The notes beneath the pieces were generated by a model. That model was not told the origin of the DNA and did not search any database. It was given only the letters and a program-made list of their open reading frames with translations. DNA of 64,000 nucleotides from Amphiscolops sp. MND2022 (Eukaryota), in the NCBI GenBank assembly GCA_964187785.1, contig OZ076420.1, positions 2,046,001 to 2,110,000 of the forward strand. The letters are read 5' to 3'. This document shows, piece after piece, positions 25,844 to 38,481 of this stretch (within the stretch, counting starts at the first letter, position 1; each line of letters begins with the position of its first letter). The translations under genes and the position numbers were made by a program.

Positions 25844-28487
25844 TGACTGATCCAATTCAACCTCTTATCCCTCTCCCCTTTGTTTTCAATACCTCTCAAC
25901 GTATTACCCGTGATGTTTCACAAACCCTCACTCAATTTCTTAACAATCTCATTTACAATTCCACCACTCCTCTTCCTTTTGAAACCTACCCCGAAGATAT
26001 ATATACAACTCCTCTTATTCGTGAACACCATGATTCATATTTATATTATAATGAAACCCATTCTCTTGTTCTAAATTCAGAAGAACCCCCATTTTCTATT
26101 CCCTTCACTTCTCTCATAAATCGCTCCGATACCTTTCGTAAAAACATCTACCCTAATAATATTTACATCCCTATCGCTAAAGTCTTTACCACATTCCTCA
26201 ATCATCTTCAAGAAAACAATAACCTTTTAACCAAACATGTTTTTAATCCTTCTTCCATACAGGACCTTCTTCAAAAGGAATCCCTTTTCAATCTTTCTAA
26301 TATTGAACAATTTAGAACTATTGAAAATAATCCTCACCATTGGCTTACCACTGATATTCTTCAAATTCACCATTTTCAATATCAATTCTTTCAAAATCTT
26401 ACCCTCAATACAAAAACCAAAGAACAAATTCAAATTTACTCTCTCTTCCTCCGAAAATTTTTTAGACACAATTACCAACTCGTTTGGCACTCAAAGTTCC
26501 AAGACGCCTGTATAAATTTTCCTCAACAGTTTTCTTCAGATGAATTTTTACCTTTTATTATTAATTCTGATAGCCAACACCAACAGTATTATAATCTCCT
26601 TGATTTTCCATCCTCTCATTTTCAATATCTTGCCTATGACTCCAATAGTCTTGATAAAAGTCTTAACCTTCCCTCTCCTATTCGTCCTTATACCCAACAA
26701 TCTTACCTACCTCCCTCAACTGATACAACTTCCAACATCTCAATTCAAACTCTTCCTTCATCTTCAAATGCTTTAATAAATCCCATCTCTCTTAATAATC
26801 AACATAATCCTACTTCTATTTCTCAAGTCACCTTAAATAATGAAAACCTCTCTCCTTCCAACTCTCCGAATCAATATAACACACCTTCTAACACTCCACC
26901 TGCTGTTCCCCCCAACTCAGTTTCACTCCCTACCTCCTCCATTCCCACATTACCCCCCATTCCCCTCTCTTTCAATAATACTCTTCATACTCAATCTTTT
27001 CCTCCAAATCCTCCAATCTCTTCTATTTCTCAAACTTCTTCTTCTACTACACAACCCACCCCATATAATCCTTATGTTTCTCTTTATCCAGCTTTTCAAA
27101 ATTTCCCCACTAATTCTCACCAACCTCCTCCTAACCCCCCTCAACCTACTCTTTCCACTTCAACAATACCTTTCAACTCTTCTTCTCTTCAGCCATCTCC
27201 TCCTTTTCCCACCACCCCTTCTGTCCTTTTGCTGCACTCTCTGATCCCATTAAACTATTTGATGGCCTTGACCATACTTATCCTCCTGAAAAATTCTTGG
27301 CACATCTTAGTGCTCGAGTAACATTTCAACTTGGACCTCAACCTGTTGATATTCACTCATATTTAACATGGCATTCTCGTCGAATGTCTCTCTTATATTG
27401 TTCCCTCACAGGAACTGCTTCTAATTGGTTTGATCGCCTCCCCCAAGTTTATAAAGATGATTGGTCATCTTTCCTCCAAATTTTTAAGAAACAATTCTAT
27501 TCCCAAAAACATGCATACCATGCTCAAATTGAAGCTCTTTCCCTTGTTAAAAAAGATAATGAAAATGTCCGTCACTTTGCTCTTAAAGTCGAAACACTTG
27601 TTAAACAAGGATGGTACAATGAATACCCGTCCACTATTAATCTTAAATGTAATGAAATTTTCACTCGTGGTCTTCCAAAAAAATTAAAAGACTTTGCCAA
27701 CAAACGCCAAGTTAAACATATTTCCAGTTCCTTAGAACCATCAATTCCTTTTCACTCTCTTGTCAATATGGTCGATTCCGAAGATATTACTCTTGAAAAA
27801 ATTAAAACTCAAGAACTTTCACTTGAAATAAACAATTTATCTACCACTTTTCAACAAAATACAAATATTCAAGATCCTCCTTCAGAACCTCCACACGTTC
27901 AGGTCATTGATCCGAACAATAAATCCAAACCTCAATTAAAAAAATATTGTTCCTTTTGCCATAAAATTATTAATCACTCTGTTTCAACTTGCTTTCGTCG
28001 CCTTAATTTACTCAAAGAATCGAAACCACAATCTCGATCTCCAACTCCTACCTTTTATCAACATTTTAAAACTCCTTCAAATAAATCTCGTTATCCTCGA
28101 TACCGTAGTCGAAGTCATAGTAATCCATCTCGCAAATCCTCTCGCGACAATCGCTACGACAATCGCTACCATTCTCGTTCTAATTCACGTTCACATTCAC
28201 GCTCTAAATACAACTATAAAACATCCTCTCGTACATATTCCCCTTCTCATAATCGTGATAGATCTAGATATGACAAACATTACCATCAAAATCCTTACAA
28301 ACCATATTCTTCTTCACGAACATATTATAACTCTAATTCTTCTCGTAGCCCATCTAAATATTATCCCCGTTCTCGTGAACGTGGCTCCAACTTTAATACT
28401 TCTACTTTTAACAGATACACCTCTCCTTATCGTCCTCCTTCTAAACCACGCAATGATCGTTATCGTAGCCGATCTCATTCAAATTAA
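25843..28487 (+). CDS. gag: Gag (~880 aa reconstructed; -1 frameshift near 27225): long N-terminal domain, P/S/T/N linker, capsid, Cx2Cx5Hx4C knuckle, RS-rich tail
   Basis: ORFs 25843-27321 and 27297-28487 join as ...PSV(P)FAALSDPIKLFDGLDHTYPPEKFLAHLSARV...; retrotransposon-gag motif LTGTASNWFDRL...W..F...F. Confidence 0.85.
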
Positions 28488-31400
28488 AATCACCCCTCTC
28501 CACCTCAATATAAACCTTCCTTAAATCTTACACATCCGTCTACACCACCCATTCAAAGCAACTCCCCTTCACAAACTCATTTTGAAATAAACATGTACCA
28601 CCCTAATCCTCCATTCCCTCAATCTTCTTCAACTTCTACTGAACATGCTAATGCTCTCACACCTTCCACTTGGTTTGTTAATTTATTTCTTTTTAAACCC
28701 AATGAAGATACCTCTATTCCCTCTAAATTAGAACTATTATTCTTACTTGACAGTGGAGCATCCATCTGTGTTTTAAATTTACCCACCTTCACCATTTTAG
28801 CCGATCATTTTTTAAAATGTTCAAAACACTCCCCACCTCAAAATGAATATAAAACTTTAACTGTTGCCAATAAATCTGAAGTACCTATTCTCCATAATCT
28901 TATACTTACACTTCATACCTCCCTCCAAGGAAATACTCGTACCCTTGTTATCCCCTTTGCAGTTGCAAATATTAAATATAATATTCTTGGAACTCCCTTC
29001 TTTGAAAAATATGTTAAAACCCTCAATATTGAAAGCATGTCATTAACATTCAATACCCCACATGAATCTCGTATCAATACTCTCCCTTTTACGGCTCATA
29101 AAGAAAAAGATTATCCATATTTTTCTTACATATACACCATCAATGTTAAAAATAAAGTTTATTTTAAACCAAATGCTTCTCAAATTATTCATTTTCCAAT
29201 TCAACCAACACTTCCTTTAACATTTAAAACTTCCGATAATGAAGTTAGATTTCCTTCCACACCCCATCCATTTTTTAACACACGCTTCAACTCCACCTTT
29301 AATTTCCTCCAAGTATATCAAAATACTAATACCGAACCTTCCAGTTGTTCTGTGATTATTCAAAATATCACACATCATTCTGCCATTCTTGCCCCTGGAT
29401 CTATTGGATACATTGAAGTTCCAGCCACTAATATTCAACCAACTCATTACAAAGTTAATGATGTTAACTCTTTAATACACACTGTATTTCATTCATATTA
29501 TCCTGATCTTTCTGAACCAAAACCTCCTCGCCGGCGTTCTTCTCTTCGAAACCCTCAAATTGAAATAAACAATTTGCAACCTTCTCAAATTTTAACCCGA
29601 TCTCTTCCACCATTACCATATTCACCAGACACTCAACAATTCCTTCATAAATTTAAATTCCAATACTCTGATGTAACTGATGAAGAATATTTACAACTTT
29701 GCTCCATTCTTGTTAAATATCGATTATGCTACGCTACACATAAAAATGATGTTGGCCGGATAGCTACTCCTTTTAGAATTCGTCTTAAACCTAATGCTAA
29801 ACTTCAAACTCAAAGACCTACCAAAGTTCCTATTCACTATAGAGAAAAATTAAAAACACTCCTTGATGAATTAGAAAAACACAATATTATTCGTCAAATT
29901 GGTTCCACTCATTCTGACAAATCCATCTATGGTACTACATTTTTAAACCCCCTTATTATTATCCCTAAGGGAGATACTATTAAAGTCGTTTTAGACGCAC
30001 GCCATCTTAATTCAAACACCGATCAATCTTTCGAATCTTGGCCTATTGAACCACTAGCCCCCCAACTTGCACGTGCTAACAAAAAATTCAAATCCGCTAT
30101 TGACCTTATGTACGCTTATGCCCACGCTCCTTTAGATGAAGAAACTATAACTTTAACAAGTTTCTCTTCTGGTGACAAACTTTACGCTTTCATCCGTGGA
30201 TTTTATGGCCTTAAAGGCTTACCAAATTTCTTCACCAAACAAATGCATTCATTCTTTCAAAAACTTATTGACCAAGGTTTTGCATTAGTTTATATAGATG
30301 ATATCCTTCTCCTCGCACATACAAAACCACATATGTTAACCTTAATTGAACAACTTCATCAAATTTGTCAAACAAATAATCTTAAAATTGCTCCTGAAAA
30401 ATCTTTCTATATCCTCCTCACCGTCAAATTTCTTGGACATGAAATCGGTAATAATACAATTAAACCTATCTCTTCTAAAGTTGATGCTCTTCACAAATTA
30501 AAAACTCCTACTTCAAAAACTGAATTAAAGCGCTTTATTGGATCAATGAATTTTTATTCTAAGTTCATCAACAAATTACACATCTCTTTAAAACCCTTTT
30601 ACACTCTTCTCCATGATGATATTCCATTCGAATGGACCCCCGATTTAGATAAACTTTTTAACCAAATCAAACTTTCTCTTTCTAAAGAAGCAGAACTTGC
30701 TATCCCAAATACAACTCATCCGTTTTATATAACTGTCGATGCCTCTTTAATAGGCCTAGGTGCAGTTTTATTTCAACCAAACTCCAAAAATAAAATGCAA
30801 ATAATTTCTTATAATTCTCGTATTTTAACAACCCAAGAACAAAAACTTTCTACCTATGATAGAGAACTTTGCGCTATTACCTTTGCTCTTTCTCAATATG
30901 AATTTATTATAATTGGCTCCAAATTTCCAATAACTATTTTTACAGATCACAATCCTATTCTTTTCCTTTTCACCCGTAAAGGTAATCTAACTCCTAGACA
31001 ATATAAAGCTCAAATGCTATTAACCAAATTTTCAAATTTACAAATAATCCACACAGCCGGTACAAATCTTACTGTTGCAGATATGCTTAGTAGAGATTTT
31101 TCAACTATTAATACCCAAACATGCCAACTTCAACACAAAACTCTTCCTCCTCATATTGATTTTCTTCAACTTAAAAATAACAATATTTTACAACCTATTC
31201 ACTACCTCGTAAAACATGAAGATGTTCTTCCTACACAAAAAAATGATTCACACCTAATTTTGGCTGATTACGGTGATGATCAATTCACACTTCGTATACA
31301 AGATAAAGGCAATGTTGTTAAATACACTCCTCTAGATTCCTTTTCATTTCAATCTGTTTCTTCATTCCTGAATAAATACAAAAAACCTGTCAAAAATAAA

Positions 31401-33737
31401 GTCAAAACCTTACTTCAAGAAAACCCCCCTTTAAATGAAACTGATTTATACGAAACAGACGATCCTGTTCTTAAACGTATTCCTCATCAGCATTCCCAAC
31501 CATCTCATGAACTTCACACTCTTTTTACCGAAATACAACACCATTATTTCAATGATATCAATTTGTCTCAAGACATCCTAACCAACTTTACCAATTCCTC
31601 TCCTATTATTAATAGTATTATTGAAAATAATGCTATAATTCAAACTACTCCAAAACCCATACACACTCAATCTTTACCATTTTTTGACCCCTCCTTCTTT
31701 GCTCATCGTAAAGCATTTGATAATTTCTTCCTTCCTTCTGACACGTTTCTCACAGTACCTATTTTACTCCAAGCCCAAAAGGATGATCCTGTCCTTTCTA
31801 CAGTATTTAAATGGTTAAAACAAAAACAAAGACCTCATTCCTTGTCTCTAGTTATTAAAGCTAACTCCTTTTTATATACATATTATAAACAATTTCAACA
31901 TTTATACCTTGATCCAAGTTCTCATCTTATTCAATATTATACTCCTAATTCTCGGGTTTTTGAATAAATCTTTATTAAAACTCAACCCTCTATTAACCAA
32001 ACACGTATATGCTTACCATTCAAACTTTTCTATGCTGCATTTAGTAAAACACATTCTCATGGTCATTCCGGTGAAAAACTCTCAATTAAGACATTTAATC
32101 AATTTTATTTCATCCCTCATTTACCTTTATGGTTCTCAATTTTCATCCATGACTGCATAGAATGTCAAACTAATAAGCATTTTCCTATTAAACCCCAAAA
32201 CATTTCTCCTCCTCTTCCTTTTTATGAGAATGCTACCCACTTTAATTACCGGATTTCTATGGATACTAAAGGCCCTATTTCTCCATCTTCACAAAACAAC
32301 TCCTATATTTTTGTCATCATAGATGCATTCAGTCATTTTGTTGTTACAAATCCAGCTCCTCATATTACTTCAAAATATGCTATTCAAACTCTTCTCCACC
32401 ATTGGATCACAAAATTTGGTCCCCCTCAATATCTTGTTACAGACCGAGGTACTGAATATATAAATCAAGATATGGCTCATCTATGCTCTCTTTTTCATAT
32501 TAATCACTCACCCCGAACTCCTTACTCTCCTTGGACAAATGGTTTAGTTGAAGTTCAAAACCGAAATCTTGGAACTCATCTTCGAATTTTTCTACAAAAT
32601 CCTCCTACCAATTGGTCATTTCAAACACAAATGTATGCATATGCTCATAATACGACACCTCTTTCTCAACTTAAACATTCTCCTTATCAGATTGTTTTCC
32701 ATACTCATCCTCGTATACCTCTCACCTTTTCTCTTAACTTACCTCGTAATGCTTCAAAAAATTGTATCGCAACTTATTGTGAATCTCTTCCCCCCATTCC
32801 CATTACAGCACCCAAGATCTTAATCCCTTCTTTCACTCAATTCTTGAAAAACCTATCTCCTCCTGGCTTTTAGCAGCTGAGACTGCAATGTTAGAAATAT
32901 ATTCCACTGTCCATCGTCATATAAATCATAAACTTAATTCCCTAAACAACTCACCTGAAACAATTACCTCTTAATACATTTGTCATTCATACTAATTTTA
33001 AACCTGTTAATTTTTCAAAAAAGCTCAAACCTCTTCGAATTGGCCCATATAAAATACTTAACCATCTTTCTGAAGTAACATATGAACTCCTTTCTCAAGA
33101 CGGCTCTACCTTTCAAACCCATCGAAATCATATTATACCATATTATCCCAAAGAACCTATAATTTTTCCCTATATTAAACATTACTACTCTACTCCTTCC
33201 CTTATTAATAATCCTGATACTGAATCTTACCAAGATACCTTCTCTCGCTTTTCCTCCTTAGAACCACTCCAAACCTCAAATCAGTCTCAAACTCTTACAT
33301 CTTCGAATCATAAAAAACATAACAATTCCCCCACTTCCATCCCTACATATCAAAACCTTTCCAGGTATTCTTCTTCACAAGATAACTTACATAATATTCC
33401 CCCTTCTACCCCTACTAACCAAAACTCTTTACATTCCTCTCCTTCCTTTCACAATACCCTTGACACTACTTTTGACTCTCAAGACTCTGACTCTGAAATG
33501 CTTCCTAATCCAATTTATTATTCAAATTCCTCAAATGATTCTTTCCCCCAATTCTTTCCTCGTATTGCTGATTCTTCAAATCTTTCATCATCATCTCCTT
33601 CACTTGATCCTCTAGATATACCTAATTCTCCAAATGAAACTACTTACACACGAGCTCCTCACTCTCCTTATAATCTACGTTCACTTCCCCCCCAACAATA
33701 TAATCCCACAAAACCAAACATCAATTTTCCCCCCTGA
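28488..33737 (+). CDS. pol: Pol: protease, RT, RNase H, HHCC zinc finger, integrase, GPY/F tail; nonsense codon at 31965 and frameshifts near 32790 and 32950
   Basis: LDSGA 28746, YIDD 30291, TVDAS RNase H, HSHGH...CIEC in frame after TAA 31965, D-D(35)-E counted from TDRG to NGLVE, IGPYKI. Confidence 0.95.
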
Positions 33738-33986
33738 TTAAATATTCATTTTTAATTGAATTTCCTACCCTTCTATACTGACGTTAGTCTAGACTTCTAA
33801 TACAGTCTGACGAATGACAATTTAATTATGACAATGTAGTTAGTAATTGTCTCTTATACACCTTTCTTCACTTTATCTTGCTGAATTTAGCTGAACGGTT
33901 GCTCTAATAAAAACTTGATTTCATAAAAAATAAGTCTTAAATTTTCTCAGACCTTTCTTCAATATTTCCTCTCCTCTCAATAATAA

Positions 33987-35412
33987 TCTTTCTCCATCCC
34001 TTCATATTTAACCCTCTCTGTTTTAACACCACACAATTTTCTATTTTCTAAAACCACCCCAATAAACTTTCATTTTGTTTCCATCCTGGATCTTACTGTA
34101 TTTTTGTCTGATTCCTCCTCTCAACCTTCTTCTTCTGTTTCAAGTGATACTATACCTTCATCACAAAGTTTTTTACCAACTTCTCAACAACCTCCCCTAA
34201 ACCCTACACCAATCACCCCCTCTTTAGATACCACCCCTGTTAACACCCCAAGTCACACTCCTATTAAAACTTCTGTTCCTCAACATACTCAAACTTCTTT
34301 AACTCTCCCACTTTCTGATACTGAATTCCCTTTTGATATAACCCCTGCCCATTCTCCCCCTCCTTCCTTTCATATCCCTGACCCTAGCGATATTAATTCT
34401 ACTCTCCTACGCAATATTAATAATCCAAACATTCCTAAATCAAATCTCATACCTACCTCCATAAAATCTTTCCGTAGACGTTCCCAATTAGATCATTCCT
34501 TTTCTATTCCTCCACCTTGTTCTCATACTTCTTCTAAATCTTCACTCCCCTTAGCTAAACCACTAAAAATTCCTGCTCTCGAATCCCTTGATTCTCTTCA
34601 AAAGAAATCTGATTTAAGTGAAGTTGATTCAACTACTTGCTCTCTCCTCTATCCTCGTCTTCCTCCTTCAAATTCCGCCTCTAAATACACCACTTCTTCT
34701 TTAGATAACCTCCTCGACAAAACCTCCGAATCTACTCTTCACCCACCACTTCGTCACAGATATAACCTTCGTAATAATCGTCGTCTTTCCCCTTCTCTTG
34801 AACTCTTCTCTTTTACGTCACCACGCTCAATCTCTTTCTTCCGAATCTCTAACAGCAAATTCTCCAACTTCCGGAATTGACACTGCCTTTTCTCAACGTT
34901 CTTCTATTTCCTCTTATACTCACACTGGTCACCTTTTCTCTCGTCCCACTTCTCAAAACTCCAGTACTCTTTCATCTGACAGCCATATACTTAATATTGA
35001 CCTTACTACTGACCAATACTCTACTCCTCCTACACCTAATCGTGTCGATTACCCTTTAATCGTAAATAGCACCCTTGTTAACAACCCCCGCCAAGACCCT
35101 CGTTTTCTCTACCTTGCAACCCATAAACTTAATTCAAATCCTCACATCTCTGATGCACGCCGTCGTAAAGAATTTCTTCGTCTTGAAGATACAAATTTAG
35201 AACTCAAATTTGAAATTACAGTAAAATTCCATAAATTAAGCCCCCACCCTATTCCTTCACATACAACAGTTCATTTTAAATCCCTTCCTCATCCATTTAT
35301 TACCACAAATCTTAACCTTTTTGTCAGCGACCATCCCCCCTTCCGTCTTCTACACGGTTCAATCACTTTTCTTAATACCCTAACGTTTTTAAAATATACT
35401 GCACAATTTTAA
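33987..35412 (+). CDS. ORF-X, AUG-less Ser/Pro-rich protein with a structured-looking C-terminal ~100 aa (frameshift near 34800)
   Basis: Overlapping open frames 34104-34880 and 34798-35412, neither with an in-frame ATG; stop lies 1 nt before the env ATG. Confidence 0.6.
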
Positions 35413-35413
35413 C

Positions 35414-37792
35414 ATGCTCTCTTCCTTTCTTCACTCGTTCTTTTACTTCCTTTCTTCCTTATTCTTAGCTTTTTTCCAAATTACTCCCTCTCCTGATCAT
35501 GTGGATCCCAACGATCCTCATATATCGGATCTTTTAGTATCTCATTATGACTGTTCTAAACAACACAATTTAAGACAATTTAGTCTTACCAGAGTCCAAC
35601 CTTGTGCTCAGGCTCCGTCTGCTTTTGAAAGTACTCGTGCTATTGTTGATGTTTTTGTTCGTGCTAAAGCTAAACGTCTTAAAGCCTGGACTTGTGAAGC
35701 TTATGTTAAACGTGAAAAATTTGTCTGTGCCCAATCCGATTACAAATACCGTCGCCATGATCGTACGGATTATCACCAAAATACTATGGAACGCCCCCGT
35801 ACTCTCGATCCTACTGAATGCAAACATGCTATTCGCCATTTAAATGGTACTAATAATCCTCAACTTGATGCTTTTAATTACTCCAACTCTTTTACATTTT
35901 TCAATGATATTCAAAAACAACGCCTTTTAGAAACAAAACAACCTCCCTTTCGTATTACTAAACTCAATACCTTTCACTATGGTGCTTTTGCTTGGATCAG
36001 CAATTCCCAATTAGTTTTAAATTCTACTTTAAAAGAAAAAGCTGTTTGTTGGGATCGCTATGAATATATTATCGAAAAAGATAGTTGGTCTCTCATCGTT
36101 AAAGAAATTGAAATTACTTATGATGATAAAGATAACAAACTTATTTACCATGGACATACCTTACCCTGCCTCCATGATGATGGTTTTTGCAAACCAACTA
36201 TATTAACACCTTTTACCATTGTTTGGTTTCCTGAAGACCTTTGTTTAATATTTTCCATACATTCTTTTATTGGTAGAATGTCTAAACTTAATAATCGCTA
36301 TTGGCTTGAAACTGAACACTTTTTTAATAACCACTCCTCCACTATTTCAACCGATACTCCTTATCATGATACCAAATCTCAAACCCGTCTCTCTCGTTTT
36401 GAAATTTTCCCTGAAAATAAAATGTTTTGTAATAAACCGACTCCTCTACATCTTACTCAATATCCTGATCTTTTTATAACATATAAAGAAGGATTTAATA
36501 TGCAAACTGGTAAACCCAATCCTCTTCAACTACCGCAAAATGAACAATATAATCAACTTACTACCCAGTTAATATCTGGAAAATTAATTCATACCCAAAA
36601 TAAATTTCTTTTCCCTGCTTTAAATTCTTCCAATAATTTTGCCACTATTGACTATGAAGCCCATATTAATACAAAAATTGACTATTCTATAAATCATGTA
36701 TTTAAAAGCATGTCTGTTGCCGAACTTAACACCCTCCATACTATATGTGAAGTCGAAAGAACTCAACTTTTAACCATTCTCGCCATGTCCGTAAAAAATC
36801 CACAACTTGCTGGTTTTCTCTTAACTCAAAACCGTAGTAACTTTTTATATGTCGAAGGCTCTACTGCCTGGCTATACGACTGTCCTCATCATCTTTCACC
36901 TCTTTATATTGCAGACCAATGCTATGACAAAATTCCTGTTAATTATCTTGACACCGTCATGTATGTCGACCCTATTACACGTCAAACTTTTGAGTATGCT
37001 AATCAAATTCCTTGTGAAAATAATCCTCAAAATGTAATATCTCTTGACCCTGATACCGATCAATATTATGTTTTAACTCCACAACCTATTAAAAAAGATC
37101 CTCCTCTTCTTTTTGAACCGACTCAAATTCAAACTGCTATTAGTCCTAACACCTTTACCGCTCAAGATGCTGGAATCTATTCTCAAAAAGAATTGAAACA
37201 TTTTTGGAATCGTGTTTTATTTACTAAACACTCCGACAACACTCTTCAACTCCTTGGAAAAGCTATTAGCTATGAATTCATGAATCAACAATCTGATAAT
37301 TCATTTCCTGATAATCCTTACCGTTCACTCCGAATTGGTCTTCATGACTATATGTTTAACTTAACTCCATTTTTTTCACCTGATTGGTTCACCGATGCTT
37401 TCATAAAACTTTTTGGCTACCCATGCTATATTTTAACCCAATGTGGAATTTATTTCTCTACCGCTCTCTTCCTACAATTTGCTTTCAATACACTCTTTAG
37501 TATTTATCGTTCATTTACTGTTCGAAATTTGCTTAAAAAACAAATCTCTGTAATTACTGCTTTAGGCTTTGGTTTCTTTGGAACCATTACCCAAACAATG
37601 ATGACTGCTATGATTAAATCATCCAATTCACCATCAGATCCTAACGATTCAGATTCCCCCCACTCCCCATTGGCAAAAACCCATACCCTATCTTCTAGTC
37701 CCAAACCTCGTCCACCCAAATACCATACGAATATTAAAACGAAACTCCTTAATTTAAAAAAACAAAACTCCAATGCAAAGATTTTCACCTAA
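35414..37792 (+). CDS. env: Env-like type I membrane glycoprotein, class III fusogen-like (herpes gB / chuvirus G family); tail probably continues in 37773-38168
   Basis: N-terminal signal peptide; YDC...FSL..VQPC...C...C; ICEVER...EGSTAWLYDC...CYDKIPV...DPITR...IPC; C-terminal TM (IYFSTALFLQFAFNTLFSIY). Confidence 0.85.
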   Translation: MLSSFLHSFFYFLSSLFLAFFQITPSPDHVDPNDPHISDLLVSHYDCSKQHNLRQFSLTRVQPCAQAPSAFESTRAIVDVFVRAKAKRLKAWTCEAYVKREKFVCAQSDYKYRRHDRTDYHQNTMERPRTLDPTECKHAIRHLNGTNNPQLDAFNYSNSFTFFNDIQKQRLLETKQPPFRITKLNTFHYGAFAWISNSQLVLNSTLKEKAVCWDRYEYIIEKDSWSLIVKEIEITYDDKDNKLIYHGHTLPCLHDDGFCKPTILTPFTIVWFPEDLCLIFSIHSFIGRMSKLNNRYWLETEHFFNNHSSTISTDTPYHDTKSQTRLSRFEIFPENKMFCNKPTPLHLTQYPDLFITYKEGFNMQTGKPNPLQLPQNEQYNQLTTQLISGKLIHTQNKFLFPALNSSNNFATIDYEAHINTKIDYSINHVFKSMSVAELNTLHTICEVERTQLLTILAMSVKNPQLAGFLLTQNRSNFLYVEGSTAWLYDCPHHLSPLYIADQCYDKIPVNYLDTVMYVDPITRQTFEYANQIPCENNPQNVISLDPDTDQYYVLTPQPIKKDPPLLFEPTQIQTAISPNTFTAQDAGIYSQKELKHFWNRVLFTKHSDNTLQLLGKAISYEFMNQQSDNSFPDNPYRSLRIGLHDYMFNLTPFFSPDWFTDAFIKLFGYPCYILTQCGIYFSTALFLQFAFNTLFSIYRSFTVRNLLKKQISVITALGFGFFGTITQTMMTAMIKSSNSPSDPNDSDSPHSPLAKTHTLSSSPKPRPPKYHTNIKTKLLNLKKQNSNAKIFT

Positions 37793-38481
37793 TTCTTCTC
37801 CAAGTAAACCTATTTCTTCTCCTATTCCACATTCTACTCCCACTAATACTGAAGATCATTTACTCCCACCCCCACATTATAATTCTCACCTTTCATCTCA
37901 TAATAATCTGTCTCCTCGACCTCCTCAAATACCTTCATTAACTTCCTCTTTATATTTGTATAATTCTCCTCCTCCTGATGACACCAATTGTGATAATTCT
38001 TCAAATGATTCCCCCATACATAACCTATGGCAATCTACAAAACTTTATCCCCCTACTCCGCCACCAATTAAAACTAATGACATCCCCTTAACTTCTGTTA
38101 ATAATATTTTTGACCCCTCTGACAGTCCTGTCAAAGTTTATTCTTCTTGCCGTTTTCCTCCTGAATAAATTTTCATTTCTTAATTTCTTCATTCCATATC
38201 CTGCATATTAATACTTTAATTTACTTACCTCCAAATCAATTTTACATATTAATATTTTACCTCCTTTACATACTAATTATATATATCGTTACCTTTTTCC
38301 CATTTCATTTGTAGTCGTTTTTGCTTTTTATTTGGTCACTTCTTTCTCTTCTCCAAAATCACTCAGCTTTCACATTTCATAACATCCTCTTTTGCATCTA
38401 CATACCTTTTTCAAACTACTGATACAACGTACGTTTGTTTCGCACTCAACTTTTGTCTTAAACTCCTTTCGTGATTTCAAA

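Noticed and set aside
35570-35839. Antisense and alternative-frame ORFs across the giant element
   Set aside because: Shadows of long sense ORFs; the skewed composition lowers stop frequency in other frames
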